From Octopus sinensis (taxonomy: Eukaryota), in NCBI RefSeq assembly GCF_006345805.1, contig NC_043009.1:52018001-52082000 (forward strand): a DNA stretch of 64,000 nt, written 5' to 3'. Below, one piece after another: positions 1-12,556 of this stretch. Position 1 is the stretch's first letter, and each line of letters begins with the position of its first letter. The notes under the pieces are model-generated. The model did not search any database, was not told the DNA's origin, and saw only the letters and a list, made by a program, of their open reading frames with translations. The translations under genes were made by a program, and so were the position numbers.

Positions 1-49
1 ACATTGTCGTGCAGTTACTGTTTATACCTCGTTCAGAAATTTATTATTG

Positions 50-97
<48 letters not shown>

Positions 98-537
98 ATA
101 TGTATCACATGTACATATGCAAACACCTACACACGGAAGGACGACACACGTACACGCTCACACATATACATACAATTCATACTAAACATTACAAAGCCCT
201 ATCATGATCGAAAATGAGGTTAAATGCAAAGTTACTACATTTATGGGAATAAATATGGTATATCGCTTTGAAAAATATATGAATTCATTTCAAACTACGA
301 TATAGAAATATGTATTTACGTATAGATGTGTGCAAGCGTTTATTTTATATACATGCATGTATGTTTATTTGCATGTATTTATTATTTTTATAAATGTATA
401 TATGCATAAATTCGAATTTAAGGAAATGTGAATGCATGCATGAAAACTCATTTATTATGGATAACAATAAATAAGCCGTCATTTAAGCAATGTTCTTTTC
501 GCGATCCTCCTACTGAATGTAATAATATATGGATATG

Positions 538-578
<41 letters not shown>

Positions 579-605
579 TTATATATCTATCTATCTATCC
601 ATTTA

Positions 606-656
<51 letters not shown>

Positions 657-764
657 CAACCGATCTCCACATCTTCATATGTGTGTGTATGCTTATGTAC
701 AAGAGCATTTAAAGATATATGTGCAAAATGTATATATATATGTTTATATATATACGTGTGTGTT

Positions 765-832
<68 letters not shown>

Positions 833-833
833 C

Positions 834-917
<84 letters not shown>
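538..917. repeat. Compound microsatellite block: (TATC)n, (TC)n, (AT)n, then (GATA)n at about 793-917
   Basis: Directly visible tandem repeats; they account for the YLSI/IY ORFs in the track. Confidence 0.97.
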
Positions 918-1075
918 TCCACAAACATATAGATTCCTATACGCGTGTGTATGTGTTTGTGTGTGCCTATACACATGCAGTTATATACAATACAAATATA
1001 AAGAGAATATCGTTCATTCCCGCATTAGTTGAAGTTTCTTTAAATCGGTGGAGCATCCGAACGAGAACTGCATAC

Positions 1076-1141
1076 CCTTTCTTCAGAGTTTTGAAGTTTC
1101 GAGCTGAAATCCTGCTGAAGTCAGCTTTGACTCTCTTCTTC
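1076..1141 (-). CDS. Candidate 66-nt internal coding exon (KKRVKADFSRISARNFKTLKK), product unknown
   Basis: Minus strand: pyrimidine-rich acceptor cttgtccactctttcattgatcatag, donor AGG|gtatgc, length divisible by 3, only one frame open. No homology recognised. Confidence 0.25.
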
Positions 1142-1493
1142 CTATGATCAATGAAAGAGTGGACAAGTCAAGTATCGACTGCGATCTAATCAATGTGTAC
1201 CGTCTTACGGAAATTGCAGATTTGTCTTCGGTCAATTGCAGACTTTCATTAAATATGCGCAGTCCAATGAAACACTACTACACGCATTCGTGTAGTGTCT
1301 GACGATTGTTGACTTGTGGAGTTATGACTAACTGTTGCTGTCAGGTGTAGCAGTAAACCTCAAACATATTTGGCACCAATGACCAGTTTCATCTATGCCA
1401 ACTTTCCCACACATCGGATATCATGCGCATAGCAAAACACACTAAAGCGCATAATATATAGTTTAAATATTACATGCATAGTACTATGCAAGT

Positions 1494-1529
1494 GAAGGTG
1501 CATGGCTTAGTGGTTAGGGTATTCGGCTT
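1494..1529 (+). mobile_element. SINE family C head fragment (A-box only)
   Basis: gaaggtgcatggcttagtggttaggg matches the 5' end of the fuller copy at 37516-37820. Confidence 0.55.
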
Positions 1530-2200
1530 CTTTAATTTTCAGCCCCTCAATCATTATTTGATTTTTTAGATCATCTAGTTAAGTTGGGTCAATTTCTGTT
1601 TGACTTTCTTCATCTATTTAATTTTCATCTGCCTTGGTGTTTATGGTTGGTTGAGAGAGTATTTTCACTTTATCAGTTACAATGGCTCTTTCTATCATTA
1701 CTGCATTTTCATCAGACTGGATTGGTTTATAATTATTTTCTCTTAGTATCTTCTTTAGCTTCAATTTAGTTCCACTTATCCCTTACCGATTGTTTCATTC
1801 GGTCAATCTCTACTTCAGTTAGTAATTTCTTTTTCATAATGTTTCTTCTCACGTTGGCAAGTTTGTTACTGTCTATGTAGGATCTTAGTTCAAGGTGCTT
1901 CTGTCTCCAGTTTAGGTAGGTTTCTTCAATATTAGATTTATTTGTGGGCAAATACATAGCATGATAGAAGGCCTTAAGAAATTTATTATCTGCCCTAAAA
2001 AATTTTCATTCATTTTGTACTGGTTATTTGATGACGAGAGTGGACGGCCACTTATTGGAATATTCTGATTATGGGGTACTTTCAGATCCTGTGTTTCGAG
2101 AAGATTGAACCAGTACCTGATTTTCCGTACCCAGTCTAGTTCCTCACGGGGGTACGCGCACCATATTGATGCGGGTGGCTGCTGAATCGGTTTGTATTTT
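1530..2200 (-). mobile_element. 5' region / ORF N-terminus of an R4/Dong-like non-LTR retrotransposon (decayed)
   Basis: Minus frame ...KFLKAFYHAMYLPTNKSNIEETYLNWRQKHLELRSYIDSNKLANVRRNIMKKKLLTEVEIDRMKQ resembles the N-terminal domain of R4/Dong ORFs (Y..a..W...L..Q/R.I....L...E...IK pattern). Confidence 0.6.
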
Positions 2201-2785
2201 GCGTTGTTGTTATGGCGGCATGAGTAGCTTGGACGTTAACATTAGGGGACGGATCTATCTGTTTAGGAATAATTCTTCGTGACAACACCGCCTCCGAGTT
2301 CTCTGAATGAAAACATTGCTCGTAACGTAGCTTCTTAATGCTAACAGATCTGTATTCGTCTGTATTTTCTTTTGCTGATAGACTTATCTCCGGGCATATT
2401 CTTTTTTGTGGTGCTTTTTACTTATGAATTGTTCACTCTGTGTTAGTTCGGAAAAAATTGTTTTTTAGTTTTGCTTTTTTTTTTGCAAGAACCCAACAAT
2501 AATTGGTATTATCTTCACCTTCATTTTCCAAATACCTGGCTATTTCGTGCTTTAGAGGGTTATATCTATCTATCTTTTCACCTTCTTTTTTTTAGTATTA
2601 AGGGACATGCAACTTTAACTATGTAGAATATGTAATACACCTTGTCCACCACCACTAGATCCGTTCTCTTATGCTTTAGCACTTGATCTGTTTGCATTGA
2701 GAAATCTCAGAGGAATTTGCTAGTCCCCAAACCCACCACTGTCTGCGGTTTGTCTCCATAACAAATCTTGCCTCTCTCGAGCTCC
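2200..2785 (-). mobile_element. 5'-truncated 3' end of an R4/Dong-like element (RLE domain), with stops and frameshifts
   Basis: Minus translation KFL*DFSMQTDQVLKHKRTDLVVVDK...IVKVACP...KEGEKIDRYNPLKHEIAR...KIIPIIVG is the RLE PD..D motif region. DNA similarity to 44625-45348. Confidence 0.82.
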
Positions 2786-2804
2786 ATTATCATCATCATC
2801 ATCG

Positions 2805-2841
<37 letters not shown>

Positions 2842-2871
2842 AATCATCATCATCATCATCATCATCATCAT

Positions 2872-2955
<84 letters not shown>

Positions 2956-3020
2956 AACTATTGCTGTTGCTGTTGTTGTTGTTGCTGTTGTTGTTGTTAT
3001 TATTATTGATAACAATAATA
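2786..3020. repeat. Compound trinucleotide array (ATC)n-(ATT)n-(GTT)n
   Basis: Directly visible; abuts the 5' truncation point of the Dong-like copy. Confidence 0.97.
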
Positions 3021-3382
3021 GTAGCATGCGCAGAATGTTTAATCAATGTGCCATTTGGTACACCCAGTTCTTACTTTATAGGCGACACGAAATAATTTCT
3101 AAAACCAACAAACACTGCCAGCCACAGTTTACTTACATCAGGCAATCAGTATGGTTGTATGAGAGAACGGAATACAGCTGGCACTGGTTGAACTCTTGTT
3201 TGTAATTAAAACAATAGAATCAACAGCCACAAGCGAGAGACAGTTATTTAGAATCTTCTGGAGTGTTAAGTGAAGAAAACTCGTAGATTCTACTTTTTAT
3301 TTTTTCTTAAGTATAATGAATTATTAAGAATGCAGAGTTTTTCAGTGCTTAAAAAAAAGTCATCACCAGCACCTCTGTCATT

Positions 3383-3425
<43 letters not shown>

Positions 3426-3576
3426 GTATCACTGTAACTATCATTATTACAATCGCTTCCACAACTTTCTGCCATGAACAATTTCGCCATCGTTTTCATC
3501 ATCGTTGTGATCATCGTTGTGATCGTCAACACATTCATCTCTACCAGCACCACCACCATCACCACCAGCTCGACGC

Positions 3577-3977
3577 CTCTTTTACTCTTTTACTGGTTTC
3601 TGTCATTTGACTGTGGCCATGGTGGAGCACCGCCTTTAGTCGAGCAAATCGACCCCCAGGACTTATTCTTTCTAAACCTAGTATTTATTCTATCGGTTAC
3701 TTTTGCCGAACCGCTAAGTTACGGGGACGTAAACACACCAGCACCGGTCGTCAAGCGAAGTTGGGGGACAAACACAGACGCACAAACATATACACACACA
3801 TACATATATATAGAGAGATATGCATATATACGATGGGCTTCTTTCAGTTTCCATCTACCAAATCCACTCACAAGGCTATAGTAAAAGACAGTTGGCCAAG
3901 GTGCAACGCAGTGGGACTGAGCCCGGAACCATGAGCTTGGTAAGCAAGCTACTTACCACACAGCTACTCCTACGTCT
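3577..3977 (-). mobile_element. SINE family A (tRNA-like head, CORE-like ccttgggcaag domain, internal microsatellite, (AAAAGAGT) tail); small internal deletion
   Basis: Reverse complement aligns with plus-strand copies at 7569 and 11386; contains A/B-box-like tggctgtgtggtaag and ggttccgggctcagtccc. Confidence 0.9.
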
Positions 3978-4149
3978 ATAATAATAATAATAATAATGAT
4001 GATGATGATGATGATGCTGATGATGATGCTGCTGCTGAGGATGATGATGATGATGATGATGAGTAGTAATATTATTAGGAGTAGTATTAGTAGTTGTAGT
4101 GGTAGTAGTAGTAGTAGTAATAATAGTTGTAGTAGTAGTAGTTGTTGTT

Positions 4150-4191
<42 letters not shown>

Positions 4192-4215
4192 CCATCAGCA
4201 ATAGCAATAGTATGA
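3978..4215. repeat. Compound (ATA)n-(GAT)n-(GCT)n-(AGT)n microsatellite
   Basis: Directly visible. Confidence 0.95.
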
Positions 4216-4991
4216 TGAATGAGACAGAGGAGTTCACTTCAGTGGAAATGTAGCGTTCCTTAACATTTCTAATTGTTGATTATGTTTATTAGAGCTATTG
4301 CTTTTTAAGCTTTTGCTCTCTATTTTGTACATCGAGAACATTTCTGCCGTAAATATTTTGCCAGAAATGTTTCTACTACAAATATAATTCAAGTAAATGC
4401 CTGTATTTCGCCGCTGCAGTCAAGTACGACTGATTAAGTTAGCCCCGAGTATTGCTGACGACGCTATGTAGCAAATTTTTGAGTTGAAATCTGGTGTATA
4501 GTATACAATGTCTTTACAAACAGGTTATACGTTCCGAGAAACTCATCATTGAGATGAAATATATCAAACGTTGCTTCGATGGGAGTCTGATAAATTTGGA
4601 ACGAATGAAATCACAAACTCCGTTACACGTGGCCTATGCTCTGAGCAACAAATTTTCGACCGTTTTCCCTAAAATGTACCGTGATATCAATATCTACTCG
4701 AGAGTCAGATGTAATAGCCACCAATGGAAATCATTTCGAATTACACATTCCGTTCGTTAAACATTCCATCTCTCATATCAGCAATATGACTCAGTGCTTA
4801 CAGAATGACCACATATTTCTAGTAGTTTTCATTCAATATCTTCATAAATTTAAGCTGTCCGCCGACGGGAAATAACATCATTAGGTGAGACAAGCTGACT
4901 GAATCAGCTTCGCTGACTGACAGGTGACGGTCGTTTAGAAAAAGCGCGGGCTAAAACTACGCGCCTTCACCAGTCAGTTAAGGTGAGACAG

Positions 4992-5305
4992 TGTCACGAG
5001 ACAACTTGGTGGGGCTTTCTGCTGGAGCCTATGCGGCAGGTATTTAAAGGGAGAAATTTTATAAGACAGTCAGTCACCGGCTGACACTCACTGACGATAC
5101 ATCGAAGAGGCCAGGGAACAGAAGAAAGAAGAAGAAAGAAGACATGCACCCAACACCAGAGCTGAAGACACCTCCGAAAGGGGGTGGCCCGCCACGTCAA
5201 AACGGTAGAGGAGTAGGGGCCGAAACCGGACGCGGTTCCTCCTGATGATGTATTGAGCTAACTGGATCCTATAAAGGAGCTGTTGTGGTAGCAGACCACG
5301 AGACA
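4992..5305 (+). mobile_element. Possible solo-LTR-like element (TGTC...GACA ends), GC-richer than its flanks, with hammerhead-like core motifs
   Basis: Ends tgtcacg / cgagaca form an imperfect inverted repeat; TATA-like tatttaaa at about 5041. No target-site duplication seen. Confidence 0.3.
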
Positions 5306-5639
5306 CGGTTGTAATTCCTCCTTATTTATGTTATCGGTTGATAGAAAGTGATTGAGATATTTATCAGAATGTTGACATCATAAATCTATGCCTTTATGTT
5401 GTGATGGTTTCATTGGACAACTTGCAATTCTAAGCAGGGAAATCCCGCGGAGAATAGCTCACGCTGTAACGGTATTCTCATAGTTATTTTATAGTAGCCA
5501 TAGAAGCTAGAATTCAAATAATTTTGTAACTCTTCTGTTTACTTACTTAATCTCTTCGCTCTCAAAGGATCATAGGCTACCGACGACATTTTTCGTTATT
5601 ACCACATCTATAGGCTTTCAGCTTATGTAATTTCTGAAC

Positions 5640-5825
5640 AACGATTAAACCAAACCCTATCCTGAATCCTACGCTCTAACACTAACCCTAAAACCAAACC
5701 CTAACACTTAATTGTGAACCTAACCCTAAGACCGTAAACCCTAACATAAAATCCTAAAGCTTAACCCTAACCCTAACTCTAAACAATAATCTTAAACAGC
5801 AACCTTATCCCTAAACCTTAATGTA
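5640..5825. repeat. Degenerate telomere-like (CCCTAA/AACCCT) array
   Basis: Many taaccctaa/aaaccctaa variants, e.g. ttaaccctaaccctaactctaa. Confidence 0.6.
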
Positions 5826-6307
5826 TAGTTTGTTTTGGGAGTTTTTTACAAATATATTTCGTAGAAGATATTTTCCTTTTTAAATTATTTATATGCCTGT
5901 CCTATTTCACATGGCTATTCATTAAAACTGTTTTACACTTTCAAATCGTCTAACAACTTTTGTCGTCATAATGATTCGCTTTCATTTTGTTTAATAAAAA
6001 TTCGTCATACTAATATTTATACTTTCAATTTGTGATAGAGAACTTTCACAAAGAAAATGCCAGCACCTAAATCTTGTTTTCTGGTAGAATAAAAATTATC
6101 ACACCTCTGTAAAATTTTTGTAAAAGTCTCTGGAACAAAAGAATAAAATATCGGTTTCAGCGTGAAATATGATAACAACATGCCAAATTTGAAAATGTTG
6201 ACTTAATTTTGAAATTTCCAAATCTGTGTCAGCATCAGAATATAACCCTTATGCGCCCGTGTTCGCATGTATAGAACTAACTAGCTGGCTAGTTTGATAG
6301 TTAGCTA

Positions 6308-6453
<146 letters not shown>

Positions 6454-7568
6454 AAGAAAATAGATAGAAGATTGATTCATAGATAGACACATATGTATAT
6501 ATGCATGTGTATGTGAGTGTGCGCGCGCGATTGTAGCTATATTGTATTTTTGCTAATAGGAAATGAATGCTATCTACCATTGGGGTTTAATCGGCGTTTG
6601 ATGTTTTCGTTATTTGCAAAGAGCCTTAAGGACATCGCTGATTATGCAGATCTCTACTCAGAAGCATTTCAGTGTTGGTCATCTTATCATCTTTATGGCT
6701 GCATATGTCTAGAAGATGCTTGTGCTACAAGACTAGAGCCCCTTTTGAGGTTCCTTCGCTGGATCGCACTTGATTGCATTTCGTAAAATGAGTGTGTAAT
6801 ATTTTCTATTTAGAGCTAGACATTTCGTTCGTTCTTATTTACTTTTTTTTTCAGTTTTTCTATTAATCCTATTAATCCACCTATGGCTTCCCTATTGATT
6901 TAATCTCTATGCCTACTCTTTAAGGAAACGCAAACAAAAAAACCAAAGACAGTTTTCAATTTACTATAGCGAAATTCGAAAATATTTACAATCATTTTCA
7001 AGTTCCGCTTTAATTTTATATTACGTTTTTAATTGTGAAACCTATGGGTTACGTTATCATTGTCGATTCATTTTATCTAAAAGTAATTAAATTTAAAATA
7101 TTAGCAGTTAATTACTAATTAGATTCTAGTTTTTACTTTACGTCTTCTTATAACGAAATAGGAGTTTCGATTTGTTATTCTTTTAGTCTTATTCATATAT
7201 CATTGCTTACCTATCCTACCTCCAGATATTATTTTAATAGACGCTCTGTAGTTAGAAATGGTTTATTTTTATATCTGATAAATTTTCCCACTATATTCGG
7301 TGTTCGATTGTATTCTATCATGAAACATCCTTTCGAGACTTACACTTGCGACAAATACAAAGCGACGAGAACATTCGCTGTACATTCGAGAAAATGTCTC
7401 CAGTTGTTCATTTCAGCTTTTTAAGTTCAAACGCCATCAAGGTCAACATTTAGCGTCAATGAAATAAAGTAACCTTCCAGTACTGGGATTAATGGTAGCG
7501 CCTAAATTACCGTCTCTGAAAATTGCTGGCTTGGACCGGAATGTCTTGCACACATACATACACATACA

Positions 7569-7970
7569 AAGGAGAGGCTGTGTGGTAAGTAGATTGTTTA
7601 CCAACCACATGGTTCCGGGTTCAGTCCCACTGCGTGGCACCATGGGCAGGTGTTTTCTACTATAGCCTCGGGCCGACCAAAGCCTTGTCAGTGGATTTGG
7701 TAGACGGAAACTGAAAGAAACCCATCGTATATATGTATACATATGTATGTGCGTGTAGGTTTGTGTGTCTGTGTTTGTCCCCCTAGCATTGCTTTACAAC
7801 CGATCCTGGTGTGTTTATGTCCCCATCACTTAGCGGTTCGGCAAAAGAGACCGATAGAATAAGTACTGGGCTTACAAAGAATAAGTCCCGGGGTCGAGTT
7901 GCTCGATTAAAGGCGGTGCTCCAGCATGGCCGCAGTCAAAATGACTGAAACAAGTAAAAAGAAAAAGAAA
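7569..7970 (+). mobile_element. SINE family A, near full length
   Basis: ggctgtgtggtaagtag...ggttccgggttcagtcccactgcgtggcaccatgggcagg...ctccagcatggccgcagtcaaaatgactgaaacaagtaaaaag. Confidence 0.93.
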
Positions 7971-8248
7971 AATATGTATGTGTGCTTATGTGCAGACAAA
8001 ATCTCACATTTATCCAGACACACACAGACTCTCTCTCACACACACACATGTATATGTGTGTGTGTGTGTGTGTGTGTATTCCTCCAAGAGAGCGAATATA
8101 CGTCAACTATATTGCGTATGTTTATATCTTTCTCACAACACACACAATTGCATGTGTACATGCCCGCGCGTACAAAAACACACTCAGATGCAAACACAAA
8201 CACAAGCACACACATACACTTACACACACGTACAAAGACACTCATATA

Positions 8249-8588
8249 CTCTTTTACTTTTTTACTTATTTCAGTCATTTGATGCTGGAGCGTCGCCTTT
8301 AGTCGAGCAAATCGACCCCCAGGACTTAATCTTTGTAAGCCTGGTACTTATTCTATCGGTGTCTTTTGCCGAACCGCTAAACATACTAGCATCGATTGTC
8401 AAGCGATGTTGGGGGGGGGGACACAGATACACAAACACACACACATATACATATATAGGACGGGCTTCTTTCAGTTTCCGTCTACCAAATCCACTCACAA
8501 GGCTATGGTCGGTACCATGCAGTGGGACTGGACCCAGATCCATGTGGTTGGTAAGCAAGCTACTTTCCACACAGCCACTCCTGAGCCT
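8249..8588 (-). mobile_element. SINE family A with internal deletions
   Basis: Reverse complement of the family A consensus seen at 7569. Confidence 0.9.
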
Positions 8589-8590
8589 AC

Positions 8591-8648
<58 letters not shown>

Positions 8649-9238
8649 CTATAATCACTCAAACCAACTAAACTTCCATATACATTCTTTTTATTAAACA
8701 CCTAACGAGGATATTGCGCGAACATATTCCCCTGATGAAAGTGCCATATATTTAAAATCAAACCCTCTCTAAGTATATTTCCCAGATTTGAATTTATAGC
8801 CCCAAATTTTCCAGAAATTCTGTACATTTTAATTTTGCTTCAAACCCTGAATAATTTTCTCTTGAAATTTTAACGATTTTGAAATCGCCTATAAAATCCC
8901 GTTTTTCTTTACATCAGCCATAAATTTATATAAAAGAAAGGAAAAAACATCTTAAATGAAATAACTATATCTTTGTTTACTCTGCCGATAAGACGACTAC
9001 ACTTGTGTATTTCTGCTTTTACAATCACTTACCGCAGAGAAATACAGTTATGTCCAATTTAAATATGTATATATATAACTATGTGTGTGCGTGTGTGTGT
9101 GTGTGTGTGTGTAAGTGTGTGTTTTGTTTCCATTTCTGTAGATTCATATATTTCTCTCAAACCCATCAACGATATGTTTGCACGTATGCACGTATGTACA
9201 AAGGTTTACACGCCCGCAGAGACAAGCACATACACATA

Positions 9239-9651
9239 CACAGACGTACATAATATATTGCAGCTTTAATAAAACTATATATATGTACCCATACGCACAC
9301 ACAGATATACATAATATATTGCAGCTTTAATAAAACCATATATATGTACCCATACGCACACGCAGATATACATAATATATTGCAGCTTTAATAAAACTAT
9401 ATATATGTACCCATACGCACACACAGATATACATAATATATTGCAGCTTTAATAAAACCATATATATGTACCCATACACACACACAGATATACATAATAT
9501 ATTGCAGCTTTAATAAAACTATATATATGTACCCATACGCACACACAGACGTACATAATATATTGCAGCTTTAATAAAACTATATATATGTACCCATACG
9601 CACACACAGATATACATAATATATTGCAGCTTTAATAAAACCATATATATG
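9239..9651. repeat. Minisatellite, 61-bp unit, about 6.7 copies
   Basis: Unit cagatatacataatatattgcagctttaataaaac(t/c)atatatatgtacccatacgcacaca recurs at 9241, 9302, 9363, 9424, 9485, 9546 and 9607. Confidence 0.97.
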
Positions 9652-9694
9652 TAAGTGTGTGTGTGTGTGTGTGTATGTATACACCCACACACAT

Positions 9695-9738
<44 letters not shown>

Positions 9739-9956
9739 GCGTATCATATATGTCATAATATATTCAAAATTCCGATGCAGATTGCTAAGTAGCGAGTTAA
9801 GTGCCCGTAAGAATATATATATTGAGTGTGGTGTTTGTGTGTGTGTGCATAATATATATATATATATATAATATATATATATAATATATATATATATATT
9901 CATACACATAGGAGTACATATATGTATATATTTATATAGATATATGTATATAAATT

Positions 9957-9994
<38 letters not shown>

Positions 9995-10350
9995 CATATA
10001 TATATACATATCTATGTGCCAGTATGTGTGTTTGTTTGTGTGTGTGTGCATAAGTATGTATCTGTATATAAAGGTGCATAGTGAAAGTCTCAGGATGGGG
10101 AGGAGAAGCTGTTAAAAGTAGCCCCAGTAGCCGTGCTTGTTAATTAAATTTATCCAATTGCTTGCCTTGCAGAATACAAAATTGTGTGTTTTAAAGAGGG
10201 TCTATTATTGCAATTTCTATCTTGTCTTTATTATAATGGCTGTGTTTGTCTTGCACATTATATATTTATTATGTATTTATATTTGTGTGTTTTTATGAAT
10301 TGTATGTATGTATGTGCGCTTGTATGTATATTTGTATATACATATATGTT

Positions 10351-10399
<49 letters not shown>

Positions 10400-10789
10400 C
10401 ATATGAAATATGAAATATGTATTATTTGCGTTCATATATGCGTTTCTATAAACTTATTTCTATGTGTGTGTGTATTTTTATAATTATATATTTTCTTATT
10501 GTAGAGGGATAGGAATAGATAAAGAATGCATTAATATAAGAAGTGATGATGATGGTGGGGAGAGTGATGAGGCTTTTTTAAAATGGCTGCAATATGTTAA
10601 AGCGCTATGTTTGAATTCTCACGTCAATGAAAATGTTAACGTTAAGAAGGTTCTTCAGAAAATACAGAAGAAGCAACTGGGAATCAACGAGTAGAATATA
10701 TATATCCAAGATAGAAAAAACGAAAAGAACGAAAAGAAAGAATTGTAGAGATACGTGAAGAGTAAGAGAAAGAGAAAGTGACAAAGAGT

Positions 10790-10831
<42 letters not shown>

Positions 10832-11385
10832 CAGAGACAGAGACAGAGACAGAGATAAGGGGGAGAGGGCGGGAGAGATAGTGGGAGAGAATGGAATAAT
10901 TATTCGAGGGAATAAATGTATATGAAATGCATGAATATAAAATTTGAAGAACTGAAATGATGACATTAACATCGACGACGATGACGACGAAGAAGACGAC
11001 GACGACGACGACGACAATGATGATGATGATGATGATGGGAAGGAGCTGGAGGAGAAGCAGCAGGAGAAGCAGGATCAGGAAGATGACGACGGCGAAGTTG
11101 ATGATTGTGTTGATGATGTCCGTGCTGTTAATGAGAGAGACTGTTGCGAGTGTGATGACGGTGCTATCAGTTGCGATGGGAGTAATAACACAGGAAGATA
11201 TAGATTGATAGGAAACGCGTATAAAGGGTTACCTGCTATCATAAAACGCCCAATCCTACTCTGACACTCCGAAACACAAGCCATAATATATCCATAGATA
11301 TAGAGGGATGCACACTCACTAACTTACTAAATAGTTTATATAATGAGTTCATCTTTTCGTTTCTAAAACAGGTTTAGAATATGAT

Positions 11386-11771
11386 TTACCAACCACATGG
11401 TTCTGGATTCAGTCCCACTGCGTGGCACCTTGGGCAAGTCTCTTCTACTATAGCCTCGGGCCGGATAAAGCCTTGTGAGTGGATTTGGTAGACGGAAACT
11501 GAAAGAAGCCTGTCGTATATATGTACATATATATATATATGTATGTACGTGTATGTTTGTGTGTCTGTGTTTGACCCCTAGCATTGCTTGACAACCAATG
11601 CTGGTGTGTTTATGTCCCCGTCACTTAGCGGTTCGGCAAAAGAGACCGATAGAATAAGTACTGGGCTTACAAAGAATAAGTCCTGGGGTCGAGTTTCTCA
11701 ATTAAAGGCGGTGCTCCAGCATGGCCACAGTCAAAATGACTGAAACAAGTAAAAAGAGAAAAAGAGAGAGA
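11386..11771 (+). mobile_element. SINE family A, slightly 5'-truncated
   Basis: Tail nearly identical to the copy at 7569. Confidence 0.92.
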
Positions 11772-12157
11772 GTAGTTTTGACAAAAAATTTTAGCAAGGT
11801 TCATTAATCACACAAAAATGTTTCCATTAGTTTAGTGTATGTTGAATGATCAGGAGAGTGCAAAGAAAGTTAATTTTTGTGCAGCATAGTCAGTAGACTG
11901 CGTTGCGATTATATGTCCACTAGCTTCTAGGTTGCTTCTCATAATATGCCTTTTTGTCTTATTGCGTTTATATGGATGATTTCAAAGGATTTCTTAAAAC
12001 AAGGCTACGATAATAATATTAATTTCTTTATGACGCAATGATGTTAAGTAGAAGGAGAGGGTTCACTCGAAGACTAGAATAGTTCTTTTATTCATAACAC
12101 ATGTAATATAATCATTCGTCAATTAGACGAAACACGGAATATAAAGCAACTACAATA

Positions 12158-12556
12158 TTATTTCCCACTCTAGGCACAAGGCCCGAAACTTTTGAGGAGG
12201 GGGCCACTCGATTAAATAGACCCCAGTATGCAACTGGTACTTAATTTATCGGCCCCGGAAGGACGAAAGGCAAACCTGACCTCTGCGGAATTTGAACTCA
12301 GAACGTAGACAGACGAAATACCTATTTCTTTACTACCCACAAGGGGCTAAACATAGAGTGGACAAACAAGGACGGACAAAAGGATTAAGTCGTTTACATC
12401 GACCCCAGTGCGTAACTGGTACTTAATTTATCAACCCCGAAATGATGAAAGGCAAAGTCGACCTCGGCGGAATTTGAACTCACGACGTCACAGCAGACAA
12501 AATACCGCTAAGCATTTCGCCCACCGTTCTAACGTTTCTGCCATCTCGCCGCCTTA
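12158..12556 (-). mobile_element. SINE family B dimer/nested pair (full copy about 12322-12556 joined to a second headless copy about 12158-12322)
   Basis: Reverse complement of ggcggcgagctggcagaaacgttagc...gttctgagttcaaattccgccgaggtcgactttgcctttcatcc...gataaattaagtaccag; the central domain occurs twice. Confidence 0.88.

Noticed and set aside
10956-11265. Acidic D/E-rich open frame and the nearby 10504-10694 ORF
   Set aside because: Derived from degenerate GAC/GAT triplet repeats or unsupported; no start context or recognisable domain.
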